Assembly (NCBI GenBank): GCA_963706285.1
Contig: CAVPLU010000004.1
Span: 32,001 to 96,000 of the forward strand
Direction: 5' to 3'
DNA from: Candidatus Bathyarchaeota archaeon
GTDB lineage: Archaea > Thermoproteota > Bathyarchaeia > 40CM-2-53-6
DNA length: 64,000 nucleotides
Position 1 is the first letter of the stretch, and the number at the start of each line of letters is the position of its first letter. The notes beneath the pieces are model-generated. The model was not told the origin of the DNA. It did not search any database and was given only the letters and a program-made list of their open reading frames with translations. Both the position numbers and the translations under genes were made by a program. Below, piece by piece: positions 9,659 to 19,930 of this stretch.

Positions 9659-11587
9659 TTACTTTAGCCTGATCGTCTCAAGCAGATCAGGCGCGATCGT
9701 TCTAACCTTAAACAGTCGCGATGCAGCATGCGCGAGACTGTCCACCTTATGCCGCTCGCCATGGCCTACAATGATCTTGGAAGGCTTCGGCGAGATCCTG
9801 CGGAGAAATCCCAGCAGTTGGTTCCGATCTGAGTGACCTGAAAATCCTTCGACACTTTCGATTCGCAGTTCAACCTTGATCGCTTCGATCTTTCCGTTCC
9901 GCCCCATCATCGAGACCTCCTTGACTCCGTTTTTGAGTCGATTTCCCAAAGTCCCTTCGATCTGATAGCTGACGAAGAGTAGAAGATTCTTCGGATCCGG
10001 TGCAAGTTGCTTAAAGTAATCGATGGCCGGTCCCCCTTCCAACATGCCAGATGTTGCCATAATTATTGCCGGCTGGCCCGCAACTATCTGTTCCCGATCG
10101 CCTGGGTGATTGACGACCGTGAAGTAGTCTGACTGGAACGGGTTGATGTCCTTGTGTAGCATCTGATCTCGAAGTTCTCTCACTAAGTATTCGGGGAAAG
10201 CTGTGTGAATTGCGGTAGCTTCGGAAATCATGCCCTCCAAGTAGATTGGCATCTCCTTGATGGTTCCGTTCTTCATGTGGCTGTTGAGAACAAGCATAAT
10301 CTCTTGGGATCGTCCGACGGCTGGAACAGGAATCAACACCTTGCCGCCTTTCTCGACTGTCTCGTTCACGACGGTTGCCAGCCGTGCTTCTACATTCGTC
10401 CTTTCAGGCATAACGTCCTCCTGTCCACCATAGGTGCTCTCGGTAACGAGCGTTTCCGCTCGTGGAAACACGCATGATGCAGGTTCAAGCAGCATGGTGC
10501 GACCGAATTTGAAGTCGCCAGTATAGACAATGTTATGGTAGCCTTCACCAATGTGGAGATGGATCATTGAGGAGCCAAGTATGTGGCCTGCGTTATGGAG
10601 CGTCAATTTGATGTCAGGCGCGATATCGGTCACGACACCATACTTGAGCGGGATTGTGTGCATTACTGTCTCGCGGACATCTTTCTGATCGTACGGTGCG
10701 TGAACACCTTCCCTGTTGTACACGTCCAAGAAATCTAGTTGTAGTAGCGTCATGAGGATTCCTGTGGGCTCCGAGCAGTAGACAGGGCCATCGTACCCGT
10801 ACTTGTAGAGGAACGGAACGAAACCGCAGTGGTCCAGATGTGCGTGTGAGATTACAACGGCGTCCAGTCTGTCAATGTCAAATTCGTCTGCGTCGATCTT
10901 AGGAAATGCGTGCGATGGGTCATTTGAGCCAGGGTTTATGCCCAGATCCAAGAGGACGTTGCTCTCGCTAGTCTGAACGAGTAGAGCGGACCTCCCTACT
11001 TCATGAAACGCTCCGAGAGGAGTGACGAATACGCCATCTCTAGTTCCTATTCTAGGTCTGAATATGCGTTCTCCCACGTCCCGGAGTATGCGATTTCTAG
11101 CCTCACTCTCTGAGTGAAGAATGTGCCTGGTGCTGGTAACAATCTTCGACGGCATCGGCGGCGCACGTAATACTCTCGGTCGCCAACTAGTGCTCTTGAT
11201 AACCTCTTGAAGCGTCGAGCCGTCTTTGCCGATTGCAAGTCCAGGCTTCTTCGCTTCTATAGTCACCTCTCCGAGCGACGGATCAAAGTTGATGTTCGTG
11301 ATCTCTGCTTCTTGCGGAATCGTGGATTTTATCAGTTTCTCAGCTTCGGCCTCGGTTGCTCTGATTGAAGGGTCGGATCGTATTACGACGCGTTTGTGAA
11401 GCATGTTGACAATGTCTGTCACCACATAGCTCTGTTCTAGAAGAAGAACAACGTTCTTCACGTAGATTGCTAGGCGAGGTCCTTCGAACTCGATTCTAGT
11501 GATTTCGGCTTCTTTTGGCATGTTGGTTATGATGGTCTCGCGTATTCGTGCTTGAGAATCATCGATGGGCCTAGCCATTGCATGCAC
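9659..11587 (-). CDS. fttA: beta-CASP ribonuclease aCPSF1 / transcription termination factor FttA
   Basis: Two N-terminal KH domains; SHAHLDH, AGHILGS and FSGHSD motifs; adjacent to psmB. Confidence 0.95.
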   Translation of the reverse strand: MHAMARPIDDSQARIRETIITNMPKEAEITRIEFEGPRLAIYVKNVVLLLEQSYVVTDIVNMLHKRVVIRSDPSIRATEAEAEKLIKSTIPQEAEITNINFDPSLGEVTIEAKKPGLAIGKDGSTLQEVIKSTSWRPRVLRAPPMPSKIVTSTRHILHSESEARNRILRDVGERIFRPRIGTRDGVFVTPLGAFHEVGRSALLVQTSESNVLLDLGINPGSNDPSHAFPKIDADEFDIDRLDAVVISHAHLDHCGFVPFLYKYGYDGPVYCSEPTGILMTLLQLDFLDVYNREGVHAPYDQKDVRETVMHTIPLKYGVVTDIAPDIKLTLHNAGHILGSSMIHLHIGEGYHNIVYTGDFKFGRTMLLEPASCVFPRAETLVTESTYGGQEDVMPERTNVEARLATVVNETVEKGGKVLIPVPAVGRSQEIMLVLNSHMKNGTIKEMPIYLEGMISEATAIHTAFPEYLVRELRDQMLHKDINPFQSDYFTVVNHPGDREQIVAGQPAIIMATSGMLEGGPAIDYFKQLAPDPKNLLLFVSYQIEGTLGNRLKNGVKEVSMMGRNGKIEAIKVELRIESVEGFSGHSDRNQLLGFLRRISPKPSKIIVGHGERHKVDSLAHAASRLFKVRTIAPDLLETIRLK

Positions 11588-11618
11588 CTTGAATGATAGG
11601 GAAGGACTGTGATCTTGC

Positions 11619-12278
11619 CTAACTTAGGCTAGAAAGGATCCTCTTCTTCTCGTCCTCACTCAATTCCTCGTATCCTTTGCCTGTAATCAGCGCGACGTCG
11701 AAGCTGTCTCCGCTCGCTGAGTCTCTCTTCATGGCGGAGTTCACGGCTTTCACAACAACCGGAATGGCATCTTTCACGCTCATGCCTTCCTTGAAGTCAT
11801 TCTCAAGGACACCGTACGCGACGGGTGACCCGGAGCCGGTTGAGACGCATTTCTCTTCCATCACACTGCCAAGTGGGTCGAGGGCGAATATGTGAGGTCC
11901 AGAACTGTCAACGCCTCCAAGCAGGGCTTGGAGGATGAGTGGGTAGTACCTGTTAGCGAAAAGCAGATTCGATGTTAGGCTGGCAGCGGCCTTCACAGGC
12001 ATAACGGTGTCTTTCTCGTACTTGTACAGTTTTGCGTTGGCCCTAACGATCTCTACAACGTTTTGGGCGTCAGCTACGCCACCAGCTATTGTCATGGCAA
12101 GGTGGTCATCAAGCTGGTATACTTTCTTGGCATGTTTATGGGCGACGAAGTAACCCATTGTAGCACGTGTGTCTGTGCCTAGGACAACTCCGTCACGACA
12201 GACTAGACCTACGGTGGTTGTTCCCTTTAGCACATACTTCGATATCTTTTCTGCGGGTGGATTGTACATCTTGTTCAC
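11619..12278 (-). CDS. psmB: Proteasome beta subunit (catalytic Thr type)
   Basis: KG|TTTVG, GSGS and RDSASGD motifs. Confidence 0.95.
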   Translation of the reverse strand: MNKMYNPPAEKISKYVLKGTTTVGLVCRDGVVLGTDTRATMGYFVAHKHAKKVYQLDDHLAMTIAGGVADAQNVVEIVRANAKLYKYEKDTVMPVKAAASLTSNLLFANRYYPLILQALLGGVDSSGPHIFALDPLGSVMEEKCVSTGSGSPVAYGVLENDFKEGMSVKDAIPVVVKAVNSAMKRDSASGDSFDVALITGKGYEELSEDEKKRILSSLS

Positions 12279-12390
12279 TTACTCTCTCGGAACAGTCCGG
12301 GAAGACTTGAGAACCGCGCTTGAAAGAACGCGCGGAGCTATGACCTGTTGAAGAGCTTAAAAATGTTTCCCGAGTGCGGGCGATAGCATT

Positions 12391-13168
12391 TCACGCTTTA
12401 TTCTTATCGGCTTCCTCTGGGGGCTTTGTCTCCTCGATCTTGGGAGGCGTCGGTTTCTTGTAAGCCTCAAGGAATGAGATCTTGGACAACTCTGGGAAAA
12501 ACTTCTCGATATCCGCTGACATTGCCTTCTTCGCCAGCTGCAGATCTTCGAGGAAGAATGCTTCTTCGGGCACTTCTATTGTGAGTTCGTTTGGGCTCAA
12601 TTGCAGTCCGAACTTCGTTTGATCAACTGCAGGTAGGCGTTTGTGTACGAGATTTCGTATCTTGTCCTCTGACTTCTCAACTATGCTTTGAACTGACACT
12701 TCGTAGACTAGGGTCCGCCCTGCCAGTGGGTGATTGTAATCCACTTGCACCCTACCGGCGCCGACTGTACGAATCTGTCCGACTTTTCCGTCTAGCGTCA
12801 CTTGGATGCCGGGTACTGGTGCTATTCCTTCGTTTCTGAATCTCCTCAATGGGACGAGTCTGACTTTGGATGCGTCCCTTGCCCCGTATCCCTTCTCGGG
12901 AGGAACCTCAATAGTAGAGGATTGGCCCGTGTCGAGTCCTACTAGCCCTTCGTCGAAACCTTGTGTCACCCAACGCTCGCCCACAACGACGAGGAGCGGT
13001 TCGTATCTGTGCACGTCAGTCTCCTCAGCTCCTTCGTGCTCGTGGTGCTCATGGTGACATTCCCTTTTCCTTCGCAACGGATTCTATTGTCGTGTCCACT
13101 ACGTCGCCGCTCTCTTTCACTTTCAACGTGTAGTTGGCTAGTACGAAATCGCCATTCTTGATCGGCAT
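12391..13168 (-). CDS. Long-type archaeal FKBP peptidyl-prolyl isomerase (SlyD-like), frameshifted near 13060
   Basis: Manual N-terminus MPIKNGDFVLANYTLKVKESGDVVDTT joins ORF 12391..13077 (VPPEKGYG, VDYNHPLAG). Confidence 0.9.
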
Positions 13169-13267
13169 TGTGTGTACCCCAGCGATCCCAACATTTGTCG
13201 GGTCTGATTTAACTCTTTGAGAGAATGCCCTTGCGAGGAGTATGGCATCTGGCTTGCTGTTATGCTG

Positions 13268-14446
13268 TCAATTCTGTCTTGCGAAAACGTCACGTGCCGC
13301 TTTTGAGCCAGCGCCGTATTCAAACTTGAGGCCTAGGTCCGCGAGTGTTGATTCGAGTGCCCCGATTGTGCTCAATATTTCAAATTGAGAAATCATTCCC
13401 ATTACTCCAATTCTGAACATGGCCCCTTTGAACTTGCCCATGCCCCCGGCAACTACGACATGATATCGTTCTCTGAGTAGTTCTCTGAACTTCTTGTCAT
13501 CTAGCTGTTGCTGATATTTGGCTGCAATCACGGTCTGCGACCTAAATTCTACGCGTGGAAAGATCTCGAAACCCAGTGCTTCGAGGCCAGCGTAGAGAGA
13601 TCTTGCACATAGATTGTGGCGGCTGTAGCGGGCCTGCAATCCTTCCTCTTTTATCATTAGGAGGGCTTCGTCAAGCGCGTAGAACAATGTCACGGCGGGA
13701 GTGTAAGGCGTCTCGTAGTTTGCGAGGAACTTCTTTTGGTCAAGAAGGTCGAAGTAACAGGACCTTCGGGCGGTCTCCACGACCTTCCAAGCTCTCTCGC
13801 TCACTGACAGGATAACGAGGCCCGGCGGAGTCATGAGACATTTCTGGCTTCCGGCCACGCAAATGTCCACACCCCATTCGTCGACTGGCAGAGCGTCTCC
13901 GCCTAGTATTGAGATTGCATCCACAACGAATAGCGCGCCGTGATCGTGGCAGATCTTGCCAATCTCCCTGAGTTTTCTCGTGGTCGCTCCTGTGGAGGTT
14001 TCATTGTAGACCACTGCGAATGCTTTGATATCCTTCTCCTTCCTGAACAAGTCATCTACCTGGGCTGGAGTGATCGCGCTACCCCAATCGATCGGTATGT
14101 CAACAGCTTTCCCGCCGAATGTGGTCACTGCGTTTCTAAGTCTCTCGCTGAAGACGCCGTTGATCGGAACTGCAATCTTATCGCCATTGGTCAGAATGTT
14201 CCTGATTGCGCACTCAACTCCCCCGGTTCCAGAGGCGGTCAGGACGAAAACGTCGTTCTTCGTTTCGAAGACGAACTTCAGGTTGTCAAGCATCCTGCGG
14301 TAAAGGTCACGGAACTCCTCACCTCTGTGGTTGATCACGGGTTTGGTCATTGCACGCGTTACGCGGGATGGAACATTGGTCGGTCCAGGCAACATCAAAA
14401 GTTGTGAATTCTCCAATTCCAGAATCCTCTGTGCCTCGCTGTGCAA
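13268..14446 (-). CDS. Class V PLP aminotransferase (alanine-glyoxylate/serine-pyruvate family)
   Basis: LPGPT, NETSTG, VDAIS and GSQKCL motifs. Confidence 0.92.
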   Translation of the reverse strand: MHSEAQRILELENSQLLMLPGPTNVPSRVTRAMTKPVINHRGEEFRDLYRRMLDNLKFVFETKNDVFVLTASGTGGVECAIRNILTNGDKIAVPINGVFSERLRNAVTTFGGKAVDIPIDWGSAITPAQVDDLFRKEKDIKAFAVVYNETSTGATTRKLREIGKICHDHGALFVVDAISILGGDALPVDEWGVDICVAGSQKCLMTPPGLVILSVSERAWKVVETARRSCYFDLLDQKKFLANYETPYTPAVTLFYALDEALLMIKEEGLQARYSRHNLCARSLYAGLEALGFEIFPRVEFRSQTVIAAKYQQQLDDKKFRELLRERYHVVVAGGMGKFKGAMFRIGVMGMISQFEILSTIGALESTLADLGLKFEYGAGSKAARDVFARQN

Positions 14447-14557
14447 CGGAGAGGCAAAGGTGCTTGAAAACTCTTTGCAGCCTGCAGGCCAGGCGTTAAT
14501 GTCGTGTGACGTGCGGCTTGGAAACGTTTTCTAGCTCGAAGACTCACCTGTTCATGC

Positions 14558-15367
14558 ATGCCGATTGTCACGTTGCTTTCGGATTTTGGAAATCGAGATC
14601 AGTACGTCTCTGAGATGAAAGGAACAATACTGAGCCTCTGTCCGTCGACGACTGTGGTGGACATTAGCCATGAGATAGAGAAGTTCAACATTCGATTGGG
14701 CGCTTTCGTCCTCGCTGCTGCCTCAACCTATTTTCCCGCAGGCACCATTCACGTCGCAGTGATAGATCCGGGAGTTGGGGGACAGAGACGAAATCTCTTG
14801 ATAGAAACCGAAAGAGCCGTTTACATAGGGCCTGACAACGGAACGCTTCTCCCCGCAGCCCTCAGAGACGGGATCAAAGAGACATACTCGATTGAGAACC
14901 GGCAATTCATGAGAAGCCCCGTTTCATCCACATTCCACGGGAGAGATGTATTTGCATACGCAGCAGGCAGGGTGGCCTGCGGCGCTAAACCGTCCGAAGT
15001 TGGACCAAAGGTCTCTGATCCGGTTTCATTTACTCGCATGACGGCAGATGTAGCTCACGATACGATCAACTGTGAAGTGCTAGGAGTCGACTCATTTGGG
15101 AACATAGTGACTACTGCGAGCGGGAAAGATCTGAGCGCCATCGGGCTACAGGTTGGGGCCAATGTCGTGATGAGGGCGAAACGGCGAGGACATAACTTGA
15201 TCGTGGGCAAGACCTACTCTGACACACCAGAGGGCAAGCCCCTTCTGCTGGTCGGAAGCCATGACTTTCTTGAGGTAGCGATCAACAAGGCAAATGCGGC
15301 AAGAAGATTTCGTCTGAAGGCGGGTGATCGGCTCATTTTCCGGCGGCGTTCGGGTTATCGCTCATAG
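14558..15367 (+). CDS. SAM hydroxide adenosyltransferase / DUF62 family
   Basis: LLSDFG, VIDPGVG, GPDNG, STFHGRDVF and DSFGN motifs. Confidence 0.92.
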   Translation: MPIVTLLSDFGNRDQYVSEMKGTILSLCPSTTVVDISHEIEKFNIRLGAFVLAAASTYFPAGTIHVAVIDPGVGGQRRNLLIETERAVYIGPDNGTLLPAALRDGIKETYSIENRQFMRSPVSSTFHGRDVFAYAAGRVACGAKPSEVGPKVSDPVSFTRMTADVAHDTINCEVLGVDSFGNIVTTASGKDLSAIGLQVGANVVMRAKRRGHNLIVGKTYSDTPEGKPLLLVGSHDFLEVAINKANAARRFRLKAGDRLIFRRRSGYRS

Positions 15368-15881
15368 CAAGTTCTCTGATTCTTTCGATTCCGTGGAATT
15401 TCACGAGTAGTTCTGCAACGCTCTTCGGAACGAGGGACTCCCAGTTCTTGCCTTTGAGGATCCTCTTTCGGATTTCCGTTGCTGAGTAGTCATCGCGCTG
15501 GAGCAAGTGAATTGGTTCGACTAGGTACCCACGTTCCTTGAAGAGACGTGATGTAAGCGGCTCATTTGTGAATACAATATCGAACATGGGAATCTGAGAT
15601 ACGATGAACGGAACCCAGGTCGCATGGATATGCACATCCCTGATGGGGATGACGAGATACCTGCTTGGGTCCATGTTAGCCTCTTTCAGTGCGGCTCGGA
15701 TCATTTCGACACGCTCTCCCGCGGTGAATGGGTTCTTGTCAGAATGGCTGTACTCACCGCTTCCGACGACTATGATCAGTTCTTCCACCCGTTCAAGCGT
15801 GGCTTTTATCGCGTCCAAGTGCCCAAGATGGAACGGTTGAAACCTTCCCACAAACAACCCGCGATTGAATCTGCCTGTCAC
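15333..15881 (-). CDS. nadM: Nicotinamide-nucleotide adenylyltransferase
   Basis: GRFQPFHLGH, NPFTAGER and SATEIR motifs. Confidence 0.95.
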   Translation of the reverse strand: MTGRFNRGLFVGRFQPFHLGHLDAIKATLERVEELIIVVGSGEYSHSDKNPFTAGERVEMIRAALKEANMDPSRYLVIPIRDVHIHATWVPFIVSQIPMFDIVFTNEPLTSRLFKERGYLVEPIHLLQRDDYSATEIRKRILKGKNWESLVPKSVAELLVKFHGIERIRELAMSDNPNAAGK

Positions 15882-15892
15882 ATCATCTCAAC

Positions 15893-16457
15893 TCAGGATG
15901 GAGCCCACACACAACTCTTCGAAATCTTCTCTCCCTCAAATCGCACACCCTCATGCACAAGCAGCGCTCGTTTCGTGCGACTCGGACCATTTCTCTCCGA
16001 ACCATAGCTTCCAATTTGGAGCGTCGATAGGACTACTCTATGACATGGTATCGCTAGGGGAAGCGGATTTCTCGCCATCGCATTTCCAACTGCTCTGGCA
16101 GCTCTCCTATAGCCCACTAGCTTTGCCAATCCTCCGTATGTGATCACTTTCCCTTTGGGAATTCCCATCGTCATCTTGTAGACGCTTCTCAAGAACTCCG
16201 ATGGCGTCCTAAGGGCGATGCTTGGGCGATGGTTGATGTCTTTGCCTGCATGTATTCGGCTTAAGCATTTCAATGACCTCAGATTCGCATTGTGAGCGCA
16301 CCAAGTCACGTCTTAGGCCTTTGGGTAGAGACCGGATCGCGGATTCCTCGGCAGATTTCTTGCTGTTAGAGAAGCTGCAGGCCAAAAGCCCCTTGTCCTT
16401 GGAAGAGGTCACTGTAGCGTACCAGATGTTGCCTCGCCTTGCCGAGCCAAGAATCAA
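15893..16457 (-). CDS. ogt: Methylated-DNA-protein-cysteine methyltransferase (MGMT), frameshifted near 16260
   Basis: ARAVGNAM and IPCHRVV active-site motif; N-terminal domain lies in ORF 16209..16457. Confidence 0.88.
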
Positions 16458-16538
16458 GGTTCGGAACTCCCGAACTGGCCGGAGATGCTCCTAAGGGTAA
16501 ATAAACTAGAGTCATTCAGCTCCGACAGGAAAGTTACG

Positions 16539-17600
16539 ATGATCGAGATAGACGGCAGCCTCGGCGAAGGAGGAGGGCAAGTCCTCAGAACCACGGTCGC
16601 GCTATCCGCTCTCCTTGGAAGAGATGTCTACGTTAGAGACATACGAGCTAAGCGACCGAATCCTGGCCTCCAAGCACAACACGTGACCGCGATCAAAGCA
16701 GTTGCGGCGCTCTCGAGCGCTGACACAACAGGTCTTCAGATCGGATCCACTGACCTGCACTTCACGCCAGGAAAGAAGATGTCCGGGTCCTTCAAGTTCG
16801 ATGTCGGCACTGCAGGCAGTATTCCACTGGTACTTCAGGCCTTGATGCCTGCAGCAGCCTTCTCGTCAGGCGAAACGGAGTTTGAGATTACTGGTGGAAC
16901 AGATGTGAAATGGAGCCCAACAATTGACTACGTCCGCTTCGTCGTGCTTCCGAATCTGTCGAAGATCGGGTATCATGCAGAATTGAGACTAATCCGGCGA
17001 GGACACTACCCGAAGGGGGGAGGAAGAGTGTCGATGACAATCCAAGCCTGTAGCGGATTGAAGTGTCTGCATCTGACTGAACGATCAGAAATCAAAGGAG
17101 TCCGCGGAATTAGCCACTGTGTAAAGCTTCCTGCGCACGTAGCGCAGAGACAGGTCACTGCCGCAAAAGAAGTCTTGAATGAGATCGATCAACTGAATGT
17201 CTCCGTGAACGTGGAAACATATCCCATGGGTACTGATCCCCATATTGCGCCGGGAAGCGGAATAGTCCTATACACGGACAGCGAACCCAGCGGGGCCGTC
17301 GGAGCCGATAGCGTGGGAGAACGAGGAAAACCCGCGGAAGAAGTAGGTCGCCACGCGGCAACACAACTTGCACAAGAGATCCAGAGTGGTGCTCCCGTCG
17401 ACAGGCACATGTCCGACATCCTCATCCCATACTTGGCCGTGGCTGAGGGCGATTCCGAGTTTCGCACGTCACTGATCACCATGCACACCCTCACAAATGC
17501 AAGAATAGCTGAGCTTGTCTCCGGCGCGAAGATCAAGGTAGACGGTGAACTCGGAAGTTCCGGAATCGTAAGAGTGGAAGGAGTCGGTCTCAAACCCTAA
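16539..17600 (+). CDS. rtcA: RNA 3'-terminal phosphate cyclase
   Basis: DGSLGEGGGQVLR, RPNPGL, GGTDV, RGHYPKGGG and DRHMSD motifs. Confidence 0.95.
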   Translation: MIEIDGSLGEGGGQVLRTTVALSALLGRDVYVRDIRAKRPNPGLQAQHVTAIKAVAALSSADTTGLQIGSTDLHFTPGKKMSGSFKFDVGTAGSIPLVLQALMPAAAFSSGETEFEITGGTDVKWSPTIDYVRFVVLPNLSKIGYHAELRLIRRGHYPKGGGRVSMTIQACSGLKCLHLTERSEIKGVRGISHCVKLPAHVAQRQVTAAKEVLNEIDQLNVSVNVETYPMGTDPHIAPGSGIVLYTDSEPSGAVGADSVGERGKPAEEVGRHAATQLAQEIQSGAPVDRHMSDILIPYLAVAEGDSEFRTSLITMHTLTNARIAELVSGAKIKVDGELGSSGIVRVEGVGLKP

Positions 17601-17866
17601 TCGGTCTTGCGAGTCCTCGATATCCAGATCGCTTGACCAGTCTTTGCATTGACGATTTTCTTGACACGATGAAAAGGGATCAGCGTCTCCTCAGATTCAG
17701 AACTAGCGTACGTGAACCATGAGGGACCGACCTTTGTGATGACGGAGGCGTTGATCTCACGCGTATCTTCAGGTGCTCCACGGTGAATGAAGTAGATTAG
17801 ATAGTTCCCAGCCCGTTCTCTTGTGTCCCAAGTTATTTTCTTGAAGACGTTTCTCAGAGGATGCAT
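17597..17866 (-). CDS. DUF504 / MJ1316-domain protein
   Basis: KKITWD..IYFIHRGAP..IPFHRV. Confidence 0.85.
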   Translation of the reverse strand: MHPLRNVFKKITWDTRERAGNYLIYFIHRGAPEDTREINASVITKVGPSWFTYASSESEETLIPFHRVKKIVNAKTGQAIWISRTRKTD

Positions 17867-17959
17867 GACAGGTCAGCCGAGAAGAATGAGAAAGTCAACA
17901 TCAACCTTAATAGAGTCGCCATTTCATGCGGATTCTGCGACTGGTTTCTGGTGACTTGA

Positions 17960-18562
17960 ATGAGCGAACCCTTCATGCCCGGCGCCACAACAATCGGTGT
18001 AGTATGCAAAGACGGAGTAGTGCTGGCATCCGAGAGACGTGTATCCTACGGGTACTTTGTGCAAAGCAAGACTGGGAAAAAGGTCTTCCAGATAACAGAC
18101 AGAATCGGTGCCGTGTGTGCAGGACTCGTTGCAGACATGCAGGTCTTGACAAAGGAAGTCGCAGCTCATCTGAGAGTGTACTCTTTCGAGCGGGACAGGA
18201 CTGCATCAGTTAGGTCCGCTGCGAAAGTCATGGCCAACCTTCTATTTGAGAGACGCATGTATCCATACCTTGCCCAGACGATAGTCGGCGGAATTGACGA
18301 CGAAGGCCCCAGCCTCTACGTGCTGGACCCGCTAGGATCGGTTATTGACGACAAGTTCGCGTCCGTAGGATCCGGATCTGAGATCGCTATCGGCGTCCTA
18401 GAAGCGGAGTTCAAAGAAGGCCTCAGCGTTGAGCAGGGCAAAGAACTTGTCAAGAAAGCAGCCAAGGCCGCGTTGGCCCGGGACATAGGAAGCGGAAATG
18501 GCCTCGACATTATGACAATCACTAAGAGCGGAATCAAAGAGGAAGGCGAGCCTCTCAAATAA
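17960..18562 (+). CDS. psmB: Second proteasome beta subunit
   Basis: PGATTIG, AGLVADMQ, GSGS and RDIGSG motifs. Confidence 0.93.
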   Translation: MSEPFMPGATTIGVVCKDGVVLASERRVSYGYFVQSKTGKKVFQITDRIGAVCAGLVADMQVLTKEVAAHLRVYSFERDRTASVRSAAKVMANLLFERRMYPYLAQTIVGGIDDEGPSLYVLDPLGSVIDDKFASVGSGSEIAIGVLEAEFKEGLSVEQGKELVKKAAKAALARDIGSGNGLDIMTITKSGIKEEGEPLK

Positions 18563-18648
18563 GTAGTTGAATAGGCCGACTTTTCAAACGGCACGTGTTC
18601 TTAGGCCAACCCATTTATTCATCACAGGAGAGTAAGCATCGAACATAG

Positions 18649-19272
18649 TTGCTTTCAAAAAGCGAACTTGCCGGACTGCAACAGAGTCTTACTGACTACG
18701 ACAAGACAAGAGAGAAGCTGCTAGAGCTAACGAGGAAGACCACTCGACAATCAAGCTGGGCAATCATCCAGGTTCATAGACAACAGATCCCAAAGGCCAA
18801 GGCCACTCTAAAAGAAGCGGAAGAGAGCATCACCCAGATACGGGGCCTCTTGAATGAACGCTCCGAGTTCAAACAAGCTGGCTATGTTGTCGTTGCTTTC
18901 CAGGAGTTCTCCGAGGCCAAGATACTGCTAGGCTACGCGACCCGAAAGAAGCTGTTGTCACAACGTGAGGTAGGTGTGGATTGGATGCCCTTCTCCCTCG
19001 GCCTTCTCGATTTCATCGGCGAACTTCGCAGAAGGACGATGGATCAGTTGAAAGCCGGCAAGTCGAAAGAGGCGGAAGAGACCTTCGGATCGATGGAAGC
19101 CCTCTTCGAAGATCTTCTCTCGCTCGACCGTACATCGATAGTTCCAACGTTTCGAAGAAAGTTGGATGTCGCTAAGAAGCTGGTTGAGGCCACCCGTTCG
19201 GATGTAATTGCTGATGCTCGTAGATCCTCTTTAGAGAAGACAATGAAGAATCTTGAGAAGCGCATGCGCTGA
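18649..19272 (+). CDS. Translin/TRAX family protein
   Basis: QEFSEA, GLLDFIGELRR and RRKLDVAK motifs. Confidence 0.85.
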   Translation: MLSKSELAGLQQSLTDYDKTREKLLELTRKTTRQSSWAIIQVHRQQIPKAKATLKEAEESITQIRGLLNERSEFKQAGYVVVAFQEFSEAKILLGYATRKKLLSQREVGVDWMPFSLGLLDFIGELRRRTMDQLKAGKSKEAEETFGSMEALFEDLLSLDRTSIVPTFRRKLDVAKKLVEATRSDVIADARRSSLEKTMKNLEKRMR

Positions 19273-19278
19273 ACCTCT

Positions 19279-19930
19279 TTGCCCTCGAAGAGAATCAATA
19301 TTCCTCAAAATCCCAAGCCTCCAGAAGCGATTGCTATACAGAACAAGTTAGCCTCACTGGTATCTCAACAAAGCGACCTTCCCGATACAGATACGCCGTA
19401 TTGCCGGAATTGACGTTGCATATGACAACGAAAAAGCTTCAGGCGCAGCCGTGCTCATTGCCTACGACACTTTGGAGCAGATCGAAACCGCAACTGTCAA
19501 GGCAAGAGCAACGTTCCCCTACATTCCTGGACTGCTCTCATTCAGAGAGGGGCCAGTGGCTGTTCGAGCACTCCGCAAGCTAAAGCATCGGCCTGACGTG
19601 TGCATAGTTGATGGTCATGGCCTTGCACATCCAAGAAGATTCGGCTTGGCCTGCTATGTGGGCCTCGTCATGAATCTTCCCACGATTGGAGTGGCAAAGA
19701 GCCGACTGTTTGGCATAGACAATGGTGAAACGCTACTAGATTCCGAGGGGAACTTGATCGCAACAGTTCTCCAGTATAATAGGAAGAATCTCTATGTGAG
19801 TGTAGGTCACAAGATATCGCTCGAAGATGCGACGAGGATCGTAAAGCACTGCATCACCAGACGCGGTCTTGAACCCGTCCTACTGGCGCATCAGGAGTCG
19901 AGAAGGCTCAAATGGTCAACCAAAACGTGA
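19279..19930 (+). CDS. nfi: Endonuclease V, frameshifted near 19390
   Basis: Manual upstream translation gives AIAIQNKLA..IAGIDVAY; the ORF has FPYIPGLLSFRE, DGHGLAHPRRFGLA and IGVAKS. Confidence 0.9.

Noticed and set aside
14558-15367. Fluorinase/chlorinase
   Set aside because: It retains the Asp/Arg/His features (DPGVG..R, FHGRD) of the common DUF62 SAM hydrolases.
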